NCBI GenBank assembly: GCA_046563655.1
Contig: CM102287.1
Location: 9,982,001 to 10,046,000, forward strand
Source: Yuukianura sp. NJ FZ-2021
Taxonomy: Eukaryota
Direction: 5' to 3'
Length of the DNA: 64,000 nt
Part shown: one piece after another, positions 24,245 to 35,838 of the stretch
How the letters are laid out: every line of letters starts with the position of its first letter
How positions within the stretch are numbered: position 1 is the stretch's first letter
Position numbers and translations under genes: made by a program
The notes under the pieces: model-generated
Seen by the model: the letters and a program-made list of their open reading frames with translations, nothing else
Databases searched by the model: none
Told to the model about the DNA's origin: nothing

Positions 24245-25992
24245 GCCCAGAGGGCGCTGCTGTCCATCCTTCTGAATTTCTAATTTCTCCGTTTTTTGAA
24301 ATTTAAATTCCCTCTTTCAAGAGCGCCTTCTTTACTTGTCAGTTTCGAACAAATAAATTAAAGTTTCTTTTTCTGTGAAGTTGAGTTGGAACCTAATCTG
24401 AAGTTTGGATGCTGTTTTGTGAGGATTTTAATTATTCAGAACAGACTCAAGATGGATGACAGAAGGAAAAAGAAAGTGCGATGAACAAAATGAATTAATA
24501 ACTCCACTTTCTCCTTCACTTTCATCGTCGAATTATTAATTACTCCAAACACTCAAAGTTTCGATAACAAAAAATGGACAAAAAGAGATGTTTAAAAAAC
24601 AAGTAATTGACCCGTTGAAAATTCTGAAATTTTTTATACTTATAAAATGAAAAAGAGTAGGTTTGTTTTTTGGAGAGCAAGTGAAGTGGTATTATCTGAA
24701 CGATTTTTTTTTGTAAACAAGGACCTTGTTTTTAATTACTTTCTCTTGGAATGATTTACTTTCTCCAATTTCTGGAAGTTGAATTTTAATTGGACATTTT
24801 GCGTCTCCTAATTTCCTCCAAGGAATTTTCCATTTTTTAGACTTTCCTCACAAAAACAATAATTTCAACCACTTCCTTCCTCTTTCTATTCTTCCTTAAT
24901 TAAAAATTTCATAAAAACGAAACGACTTTTTCAAAAAATTCAACTTCAAAATAATAAGCAAACAGTGCTAAAAGCATAACTTCAGCGCCACTACAGAAAT
25001 TATCCTGGCAAGGTTATAGTGGTAAAGGAATTATTACAGGTTAGTGCATTTGGCTTGTGGAAGAACTTGGTTTATGGAATTTGCAGACTGAATATCAAAC
25101 GTCAACGCAGAAATTAAAAATTTGTTTCAAAATTTGAAGTTTTGAACCATAAAATTTTACAAAAAGAAGTTATAGTTAGCAGGCAGGAGTGACAGTGAAA
25201 GCACAACTTTCACTCCACGTAGCGGAAATGCCAAAGAAAGTTCGCGTTTCTTCTCTTTTTTGAAATTTTTGTTGTTTGAACAGAGAGATGTCGGTGGTAT
25301 GTGTTTGGGCTTGGCGATGAATCAAGTAACGATTCCTGGAGGAATTGAGGTCTCCTGGAAAGCCTGGAGGAAGCGCTTCCAGGAAAAAGTTCTCCAGCGT
25401 CAAGGAGTCTCCAGCGCTTCCAGGAAAAACTTCTTCCGCGTCAAGGAATCTCCAGCGCCAGAAATTGGCAATTAATTGGCCATTAATTGCCAATTGCTTT
25501 GCTTCTTCCTGTAAGTTTAACAGTGTCGGCTAAACCGCAAACTTAATTCCATTTAGTTAACGTCACGCCTTATAAACATGAAGCTGAACTTGAAATTTCT
25601 AACGTAACGTCAACGGCCTTTTGAAAAAGAGTAAGCCACTTTTCAAAATTTGGGTTAGTTAGATTTTCAGAATTCCCCAGAATTTTTAATTTTTGTTGTG
25701 AGAATTTGGAGACTTTTTTGTGGAAAATCCACTTGTTCTAATTTTCTCTCAATTCATTTTTACGACAAAAGTCGTTGCAGGTTGAAAGAAAAAATTGCGA
25801 GGTGTCACGCAATTTCCGTTGGAGTGGCCAAGACAGTACGAAAGTACAGGAAAGGTACAACGGAAACCACAATTCACAAGATGATAGCACAGTTTTAGCA
25901 CAAAAGTTGGTATAAATTAACAAAATTTGGAAATTTTGAAATTCCATTCCAGTTTTCATCTCTGTAGAGTGTGCAGTGACAAGGAAGAAAAA

Positions 25993-26523
25993 ATGAAGTC
26001 AGTTTTACTTTTACTCGTTACTGTTGCAGTTTTCTCAGGTTTGACCTCTCACCTCTCCAAAATTTTTAAATGTTCGACTTCCCAACTTTAAATTTTTCGG
26101 AAATACTTAAATTTTCAAATTTTAAATTCCTTTGCAGCTTGTTTTGCCCTACCACCGAATTCCTGGCGGACGTACCGTGACACTGATGATGATGATGACG
26201 ATGGAGGAGATTTGTGGCGGGACAAGTTCGGTTTGACCGGCACTGGCGGCAGGTATCGGAAGTCGGACGATGACCCGAACAACTGGAGAGGTCAAAGGTC
26301 ACTGCCGTTCTTCCGGTACTGGGACAAGAAGGACAAGAAGCAACCAGATCAGGATGGAAAGATCAATGCATGTAAGTTGTACAACTCTTAGAAATCTACT
26401 CTGACATATGTTAAACATTAACCTCCGTTGACCTTGACCTTTGCAGGGGGCGAAGACGACACGGGGGTCATCAACTGTCCTCCGGACGTTCCCAAATGCA
26501 TTCCAAGGCTCGGAAGACGCTAA
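25993..26523 (+). CDS. 118-aa secreted prepropeptide, candidate PRXamide (ETH-like) peptide precursor; exons 25993-26038, 26138-26371, 26447-26523
   Basis: Translation MKSVLLLLVTVAVFSACFALPPNSWRTYRDTDDDDDDGGDLWRDKFGLTGTGGRYRKSDDDPNNWRGQRSLPFFRYWDKKDKKQPDQDGKINAWGEDDTGVINCPPDVPKCIPRLGRR*. Two phase-1 GT-AG introns; AATAAA at 26587. Confidence 0.8.
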
Positions 26524-26615
26524 AAGAAATTCATCTTTTACTAATTTTTTTTTGTTTAATTTCAATTCCATCAATAATTTTATTTAAATAAACCATACTC
26601 ATTCTGCTTGTCACA

Positions 26616-29600
26616 TCAAGTTCGCTCTTGCAAAAAATCCTAAACTAAATTAATTTTAGTTTAGTCTCAACTAAAGTTAAGATGAAAACTATGTTAATGG
26701 TAGGGAACCATAGAAGCCCTGTCAGAGGGCAAAGGTCGTTGACCTTCCTTCCGTCTCCCCCGTCTGGGGCCCATTTCATACGCAACAGTCGGCTGTTGTG
26801 GCTGTGGTGCTGAGCCACTCTAAAAATTTAACAATCAAAATTACGACATAAATTCCAACTTTGAAAAGTTTGATTCACAAACCGTCCTTCGACGCTGCAG
26901 CGTTTTGATTGGTCGCTGCAGCGTTTCAGAAAATTTGAGATGTTGCGGCAAGTTGGGGTTGTTTGAAGGCGTATGAACAGCACAGCATTGGACAAACAGA
27001 CCAACGAACAGCAGAAAAGCTAAGAGAATCAATCCAGTCCACCAAGGATTTCCCTGAAATGGCATAACACCAATTTCCAAAGTTCAAAATTTTCAAAAAT
27101 TCAAGTTTTTCAAAATTGGAAATGTTCAGATTTTTACCTTGATCCAATCAATTGCATTGTGATAAGTTCCACGGTTGAACAGAATTTTGGTCAGTCTGAG
27201 CAGTGGTCCTTGCTGGTCGACTGGCCGACATCGGTGAAAAACGTCACAGAAACCCTAGAATGCTTCAAAAATGTTAAAACTGACACAAATTTTTAGTGTT
27301 TCACGGTTTTTTGGCGGTTTTACCCGAAAATTGTCACATGGTGTTCCAGGCGGCAGTTTCAGCGTTTTGTTCAAACTGGTAACGTTTGAAATTGGAACGC
27401 ACTTGGATTCAGTGTTCAAACAGGCTAGTTCACACAAAGTACTTTTGTTCGGATGCTGTTCATGCTGCAAGTAACACTCGTCGTAACCGTACTTCATGCA
27501 CAGAGATCCACGACACTCTCCGTCGATACAAACCTGCACATGCGTAGAATGAGAAAGATTGTCGCAAGAATCCTTCTGCGACAAAGTTTTTGTCGCAGTT
27601 TTCAACTTACTTGTGTTCCGTTGTTGCACAAAGTTGCATTGTTCGGTTTCGGACGGGGAGTGGGACAGTGTGGACTCGTTCCGGAACAGAACATCGGTTC
27701 GGTACATTCCGTTTCGATTTGACACGGTTTCAACTGATGCTGCGACCTTGGAGAAAAAGTGCAGTCGGTTTCACAGCATGGGCCTTCACTCGGAGAACAT
27801 TCGGAACCAGGCGTTCTTTTGCACATGAGTGGATTGACATGTGACCTGATCAGGTCAGAGGTCAAGTCTGTTTCATTGTCATACACATGCAACTTGCGTG
27901 GAGTGCAACATTTATCGGTGCATTCTGCTCTGTTGTATCCACAGTCACACTCTTCGCCTTCTTCGACAATTTGATTACCGCAGAACGTGGATTCAGTAGC
28001 TGAAAATAAAAATTTCAATTTTCATGAGTTTGTATTTTGAAGAATTTATGAAATCTAGAATTTAATTTCAAAATTTTGAAAATACGTTCGAAGCAATTCC
28101 GTTTGCTGGTGGGATTGGTGAGTATTCTGTCCAGAACTTTGGCAATGTGCTTGATTGAGCATGTTGAAAATTTGTCATTGTTGCGTAAGTATCCATTGGT
28201 TGATGAAGAGTACATCAAAAAATTTCCATGTTTCCCGCCAGGTTGACAGTCTTCTTCGTCAGGGTCATGCTGGAGGTCAAAACCAAAATTTCAAAGGTCA
28301 AAATACAAAGATTTTGCCGGAAAATGGAAATTTTTGGCCAAGAAATTACCGGCGAGCCAAAATTGTGACCCAATCTAACAAAGAAAGTCAAAAAGTTAAT
28401 CAATTTTTATGAATTTGAATAACATTTTTTGAAATTGGAAATTTTGAAAACTTTTTACTCATGTGCAAAGGTCAAATGCGAAATTCTTGGAGGAAGACGA
28501 CGATTGTAGTTCAGAAAAGTAACAATTCCGGTGTTCAGAGATCTCTTGGACGGAAAATCCGAAAAACTTGAAAACTTTTCACAAATTCCACCAGCAGCTC
28601 CTGTTTTTACAACTTTTTTTTAAAAAAATCTTTCAAAATTTTGGTTTTTCTTGAAAATGTACCTGTATTATCAGGTGATGCCACCCAAGCCAATCCAACG
28701 ACACCTCCAGAAAAATCTCGGTACGTAAAAGTATACGACAAGCAAAAATCGTCGTGGTTAAATCGTGAGTGCAAATCCAAAAAATTACTCACGTCTAAAT
28801 TTTCTACACAATAGGGATTTGGTGGGCCAGTCCAGTCGGGACTACATTTTTCATCTGTGTCAATCTGTGCAAAAAAAAAATTCGCAAATTCGCAAATTTT
28901 GCAACAAAAAGAACATATCACTCAGACAAACCTTTTCACTCACCTTTACTCTGCGAACAACAAATTGAATATTTTTGTGTGACGTTTTGTCGCCCTCGAA
29001 AAGTGAATTTGCGAAAATTTCATTCGCAGCTTTGACATGTTGGCCAATTATGGACAAAATTTCTTCAGAAATCAGAGCTGGGTCCATTCCCTCCTAAAAT
29101 TTTGAAAAATATCAAAATTCGCAAAATCTTGGTCTTCGTAAAGTGTGTTTTCAGTTTTTGCAAAAACCTGTTTCGCAATGTATCTCCAGAGCATCGGATC
29201 CGTTCGAATATGCAGTCGACAAGTTGTTCTGAGCGTAGCTTTTTCATCCTGCACAGACGCAGGACTTTGACGTCTCGTTCTGTGCAAAAATTCGCGAGCG
29301 AGGGAATAAGTTGAGTGAGATCCATGTTCAGGTTCTTTAGAAGAGTGATGAATTTGTGCAAATTGATCCGAATGTGCAAATTCTGGCTCAGTTCCATTCT
29401 GTTGAATTTGCGAATTTTGAATTCTGTGCATCCAATTGTGAATGTCTTGGGAGATACCGCAAGGGGCAGTTTCGGTGCCATTTTTTCGCGAAATAGCGCC
29501 AAGGTCAATGTCACTTTCTTTGTAAATCACAGCATGAGCTGAGGTGTTTTCAAGGTCAAATTTTCGCGAATTTTCGATATAAAAAGTTTCGTTGGGCGTG

Positions 29601-30073
29601 ACAATCCGGCCGTCAAAAATTCCATTTCGAACGGATCCATAGACATTACTTCCAGGAACATCTACACACAAATGCAATTCAAAATTTCGAAATTTCGAAA
29701 AATTTCATTTTGATTTTGAAAACGACCTCTGACCTTCCAGGATTCCCTCGAAAAGATGAACATTTTGTACGAAAGGGAGAGTATCGTTGTCAGCAAAATC
29801 CAATTCAAAATGTTCGCCAAAAACGGTCAAGTCTCTTTTCAGTTTAACATTAAACACATGACCATGCGCTTCAAAACTGAATCGTATCGTGTGTTCGTTT
29901 TGGTCAGACCAAGGTTGAATCGATCGCTTGACCCGTCCATGATCGTCCTGGATCCTGTCCCGGTCAAAGGTCAAATGCTCAAAGTGACTTACAAAGTCAT
30001 TTAGTCTCAAAGATGAAACACTCTCACCCAATATCAAAATTGACACAAAATAGTAAACATTTCTGACGTTCAT
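26616..30073 (-). CDS. ADAM10/kuzbanian-like metalloprotease, divergent paralogue B; exons 30073-29734, 29661-29168, 29093-28944, 28864-28663, 28600-28459, 28374-28350, 28269-28086, 27999-27611, 27533-27324, 27254-27138, 27053-26883, 26819-~26745, last exon uncertain
   Basis: Signal peptide, prodomain with cysteine switch (APCG), furin site RTRR, zinc motif HELGHNFGSPHD, Met-turn FLMYSSS, disintegrin [15 protein letters not shown], Cys-rich domain, TM followed by [11 protein letters not shown]. Confidence 0.9.
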
Positions 30074-30851
30074 TTTGCCAAAATTTTAACAAAATTTTCA
30101 GCACTTTTCACAATTTCTTCAAAAACAAAGCAGTCACCCACATTTCAAATTTTTTAAAAGTTTAGTCAGGAAACTCCACCAAAATATACAGGAAATTCAA
30201 CTCAAAGCGGAACTTACGTTACTATTTCCACTCAACAAAATTTTATCACTCAAACCGCAAACAAACTTTTGCGATTTGCAATTTTTGTAAGCTCTTTCGA
30301 CAAAGTTCGGCAGAAATTTTGTGATTAGATGGACGAACCACTTGAAATAAAAAACTTTTAAAAAAAGTTGATGATAATTGTACCTCTGTGACTAATTCAG
30401 CAGAAGCAGAATCACAAGAGCAATGTGCAAATCTTTGCAAATGGAATTTGCACATGCTTCTTCTTCTTCTGCAAAGTAAGTGCTAAATCCGTCTTTGTGT
30501 CGAAGGCCGTCGACTTTGCGTGTCCTGTGTTTATAACAATCATAAACATTTCTTAGTACTTCTAATTTTTTGTACAAGTTTACGTCTTTACCAAACAACT
30601 TACTAAGCTAGTTACTGCAAAGTAAAGAAAAAGCTATGTCTTTACACTAGTAAACGAAAGCTTGGTTGAAAAGCAGGAAAAACTAATACTAAACTTACGC
30701 AATTAAAGAAATCAATGTAAAATTCGAAATTACTTCACCCCGTATGAAAAATCCAAAGTTTCTGTAATGACAAGAACGTATGAAATACTAGAGATGCATT
30801 ATTTTTAATTTTTTGTGGCGTCGATGTGGCGAGTTTTTTCTCAGCCTGTCT

Positions 30852-31060
30852 TGACTTTTTCCAAAAGTCCTTCTGTAGAAAGTTAGAAGGTGTGATAGTA
30901 TTTTTAAAAAACAATGTTTTGGAATTTTTTAAGTTCACATAAATTAGGAAAATACACTTTAGTGAATTTGTTAGCCTAATCCTGACTTTTTCCAAAAGTC
31001 CTTCTGTAGAAAGTTAGAAGGTGTGATGGTATTTTTAAAAAACAATGTTTTGGAAAATTT
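30852..31060. repeat. Direct repeat, ~75 bp block, ~130 bp period; possible transposon remnant between the ADAM10 paralogues
   Basis: TGACTTTTTCCAAAAGTCCTTCTGTAGAAAGTTAGAAGGTGTGAT.GTATTTTTAAAAAACAATGTTTTGGAA present twice. Confidence 0.75.
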
Positions 31061-32856
31061 TAGCTTGTCATGAATTAGGAAAATGCATCTTAACAGAGTT
31101 TTAGTCTAACTTTAGGTAAAACAATGGGAAGCCTAGACATTGTTTCGAAATTCGGTAAAAATTTTAGGGTCATTTTAAACTTTTGCAAAATTCCTGAGAT
31201 CATTCTGAATTTAATGGCGAAGAGATCTCCTTTTTATTGCATTCCGTTCCAGAGATATGAATTTTTAAAGTTTCAAAATTTTGGAGAGAGATTTTGTATT
31301 TGTTTGTGAAGGAAGCTGCTGGGAAAGTGTCCGAGTTGACAGGAGATTATGCGAGTCAAAAAGGTTCCTTTCCCTCCTCGTACTTTCTGCCGCCACCACT
31401 CAAACTCCAATACAAAAAGCATTACAGAAGGAACCTCCCTATCTGCCTCTTTTCTCCGTATAATATCCGGTCAACTTTTCTGCTCTCTCGAAGGCTTCCC
31501 ATGTAAAACACTCTTTCCAAAACACACCAATTCTTCCTCCTTGTTCTAAATTTTTAAAATTTCAACGTTGCAGCGATTCTTATGCTTCCATCGCTCGGAT
31601 CAAATTTTAGAACAACAGGTAGCAAAGCTTGGTGCAAAAATTTTGCGAACAGCCGAACATCTAACGGTTTACTTAACATCACGCTCGCTCCAGCATCTTC
31701 TCTTCGTTTTTCAAAGTGAAAACTTCCTATTCAAAAAAGTTTAGAACAAGTTTGAAAGTTCGTTACGCCTTGGTTTTATTTCATTATGTTCAGAGTATGT
31801 TTATGTTTGTTTTCGCGTCTTAACTTTGTTTTAAGTAGAAGTATTTTTAGACAATTGTTTTCCCTTAGAAGTGAAAACTAAAACTTAATTCAGACATAGG
31901 AAAAACTAACTTAAAAAACTAATTAACTAAAAAAGTTAACATTTAAATTAATTTCAGGAAATACAATAATTGATTACTTAATTTTCACGTGTTTTGAGTA
32001 TACGAACATAAACTTAAGAGTTTTTGGCACATGAGGCTTTTGGTTAAATGACAAAAGTTAACACTTTACGAAAGAGCCCAACTGCCTAACATATACCTCA
32101 CGCCAGGTCAAGGTCAGTGACCTTTGACCTCTGGTCAATCTCCACATTCAAACAATTACTAAATTTAACTATAACAATAAGTAATCATAATTAATAATTA
32201 ATTTAGAAATATAGGAACGCTTGACTTAAACAAACACAAAAACGTATTTTTTCATTCACTCACAAGACTTAAGATTGAGATTTTTTTTGGATTGCTGATA
32301 GTCTTTAAACAAGAAGAGAAAATTCGACTAGAAAGTACACAAAAAAAAAACGAAACAAAAAATTGACAAAAACAAACAAAAAAAAGCAAATTTTTTAAAA
32401 AGTGACACTTTGAGCACAGATTTTGAAAAAAAAAATCTAAAAGTTCCAAGTTTTTGTTCCCAGCCACTTTTTCCCTTACCAAAAAAAAATCCACCAAAAA
32501 CTTAAAATTTTTCAGTTTTTCATGTTCAAAAAACCATTTCAGCCGCCACCTTTCCCTAATCTTAAAAATACAATTTTTTCAAACTTTTTCTAAAAACTTT
32601 CACATTTCGCTGCCTCCAAACACCCGCTGATGAAACCATGATGGCTGCATTGTTACAAAAGTTAAGTCTGGAATGATTCGTCGAAACTTTTTACCGGATG
32701 AAACCGTAGTCGCATGAGAGTTTGTCGCAACTTTGCGACTTTTTCCGAGTGAGTTCCGAGTAGATCTGAAAGTTTAGTTGTCTTCAAGCTGTCGTTGAGG
32801 GCGAAAGCTTCCAATAAATTAACAAATTAAGTTTACAATAAAAATTAATATCAGGG

Positions 32857-35806
32857 TCAAACACGATGTTGGGCTTGAGAAGAGGATTTCTTGGGAACAC
32901 CGTTGTATGCTGCACGAGAGTTGTTACTTTGTGGACCGCGGGCAGCTGAAGGTCCACCGTTTCTGGCACGGTTTGGTCCACGGTTTTCGCCAAAACCGTG
33001 GGGCCGTGGAACTTGGTGGGTCGGTGGGACATTTCCTGGCGGTGGGGGAGCGCTTGTGTACGGTGGAGGTGGAACTCCATGGGCAGCGGAAGCAGCTGAA
33101 CCGTTGGATGTACTTGCAGTGGTTGTGGCACGATAATTGGCATTTCGCTGAACAAAAACAAAACAAAATTAGTACTATTTTCAAAAACAATCGCATCAAA
33201 ATTTTCAAAATTTTTGTAATTTAAACTTACGTGTCTCCTGAGCGTATTGATGGGTCGACGAAGCGTGTCACCAATTCTTCTGGCGGGAGTTTTATTTGGA
33301 TTTGACGACGGCGTGTGGACGGCACAGCACTTGATGAACAGCCCCATCACGATCATAAATCCAACTCCAATCAGTAGCACTGCCCACCAAAAGTCCTGCA
33401 AAATCAAATTCAAAATTTCAATTTCCATTTTCCATTCCAATTTTTCTCTGAAATTTTGAAATCCTTACCGTCACCCACTGAGCAATATTCAGAAGCGTCT
33501 CTTTGTTGAAGAGCAAATTCTTGAGACGTGCTAACGGTCCTTCCGCATCCACAGCGCGACATTTGAGAAAGACATCACAGTAGCCCTGTAAAATCCAAAA
33601 CACATTTAAATTTCAAATTCAAAACATAATTAAAGTTAACTTAGCCTAACACACCTAACGTAAAATAGCCTAACTAAAATAACCTAACGTATTTTAGCCT
33701 AACAAACCTGGAAGTTGTCACACGGTGCTCCAGGACGGAGACTCAATCCACGCGTAAGGCCTGGTAAATTCAGCTCTGCAGTGGACTTGCACCTTCCAGA
33801 CTTGTCCAGACATGCCAAGTCACACAACTTCCGCTTGTCAACACTCTTGTCAGCACTGGACAGAAAACATTCTTGGAGTCCAAACTTGAGACAAATCGAA
33901 CCACGACATTCTCCCCCTTGACACACCTAAGAAAACACAAAAACAAAATCATTCAAAAACTTTTCGAATTCAACTACTTTCGAGTTTTAAAATTCCAAAA
34001 CTTTTTCAAAAACTTCACCTGTGTCCCATCGTTACAAGTCGTAGTAATGTCTCTCCTTGGAGTTGGATTTGGACACTGAGCTGTTTGTCCGTTGCAGGAA
34101 GAGTTGAAACTACACTCCGTATCATGTTTACACAGTTGAAAACTTCTGGAAGAAACGAAACTGCACGTTCGAGAGTCACAACAAGGCCCTTCACTGGGAC
34201 TGCACTGCGCAGTAGGCTTCCTTCTGCATCCCTGCGCAAGTGGATTCCTCACTGCATCAGACTGATTGATTTGTCTTGGATAGCAACACTCCTCCAGGCA
34301 CTCTTCATAGTTGTAGCCACAGTCACACTCTTCTCCCTCCTCCACAATCTTGTTCCCACAGAACGTTCCATTCGTAGCTACAAAAAAGTAATCGATTACT
34401 TCAAATCAAACACCTCGATTACAGATTACATCAGAAACAGACTGCTGATTACATCTCTACATCAGAAATCGACTCCTGATTAGATCAGAAATGAACTACT
34501 GAATACATCAGAAATCGATCACTGATTAAATCTTTACATCATAAATCGATTACTTCGATTACTTTTGATTTCGACTTACATATAAAACAATTGGATTTCT
34601 TCTGATCATACAAAATGGCATCCAGGACTGACGAAATGTTTTTGACAGAACAATCCGAAAACTTGGAATTGTTCGGTCGATCTCCACTCGTAGCTGATGC
34701 AAACATGATGTAATTTCCATCGGATCCTCCTGGACGACATTTGTTTGGATAATCATGCTGTTCAAAACAAAAATCAAAATTTGAAAATCTCAAAAAGTTT
34801 CAAAATCCAAATTCAAAAAACTGACCGGTGACCCAAAGTTGTGTCCAATCTCATGTGCTAGTGTCAACTGGGACACTTTGGGCGGAACACGACTATTGTA
34901 ATTAACAAAAGTAATTATGCCCGTGTTCAAACTTCGACGTGTTGATTGATAAACTCCTCCTATTGTCTCTGTATAAGTTTTGTACGTTTCACAAACTCCA
35001 CCAGACGCTCCTGAAAAACCAGCAGGGTTTCAAACTTCAAAATTCAAACTTTTCAAAAACTTTTTTCAAATTTTGAAAAAGTACCTGAAGCAGAAGCTAC
35101 CCATGCCAAACCGAGCGTTCCACCCGTGAAATCTCTGTAGGTGAAGACGTAAGCGAGGCAGAAGACGTGATGGTCCGTGAGAGAGTGCAAATTGAGGAAA
35201 TTGCTCACGTCAATATTTTCAATACAAAATAAATTCTTCTCCCCTTTGTAGTCACTTCTGCACGCCTTGTCAGTGTCGATCTAAAACATCAAAACATACA
35301 CAACTTTACCTAAACAAAAATTCACTCATCACTTCAACATCTCATCGCTTCAACATTTCATCGCTTTTACCTTGATTCTCTGCACTTCAAAACGTATGTT
35401 TTTGTAGGCCTGCTTTCCATCAAACAGCGTGTTGGAGTAGATATGATTGACGGCCTTCACATGCTGAGCAATGAGTGACAAAATCTCTTCACGAATCTTC
35501 GTCTCATCATTCGTTTTTTCCTGTTTCCACAAAAAAAAATTCAATTACTTCGCTAATTCATTGTAATTAAATCACTAGATCGCTAAATTAGTTGTAATTA
35601 CACTCCATAATTACTTTTTAATAAAACAAATCCTTCAACAATCAACATTGTCCTTCCACATACTCAATTTCATTAAAAATCAAAACTTTTCACTTTCTTT
35701 TCTCTCCAAAAATCCAAATCTTTAAAAATTCTTTCTCTCTCAAAACCTCAATTCTTTAACAAAACTGTGCCAAAATCGTGTCGAATTTTTCAAAAATTCT
35801 TTCAAA

Positions 35807-35838
<32 letters not shown>

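Noticed and set aside
30246..30598. Two short minus-strand ORFs upstream of ADAM10-B as a gene or pseudogene
   Set aside because: No recognisable motif or consistent splice model; adjacent to a direct repeat and probably decayed transposon sequence.
32784..33230. ORF-track C-terminus of ADAM10-A (..[12 protein letters not shown]..)
   Set aside because: It reads through an intron into the wrong frame; splicing 33231 to 33147 gives the RNANY...PPPPY...QHRV* tail instead.
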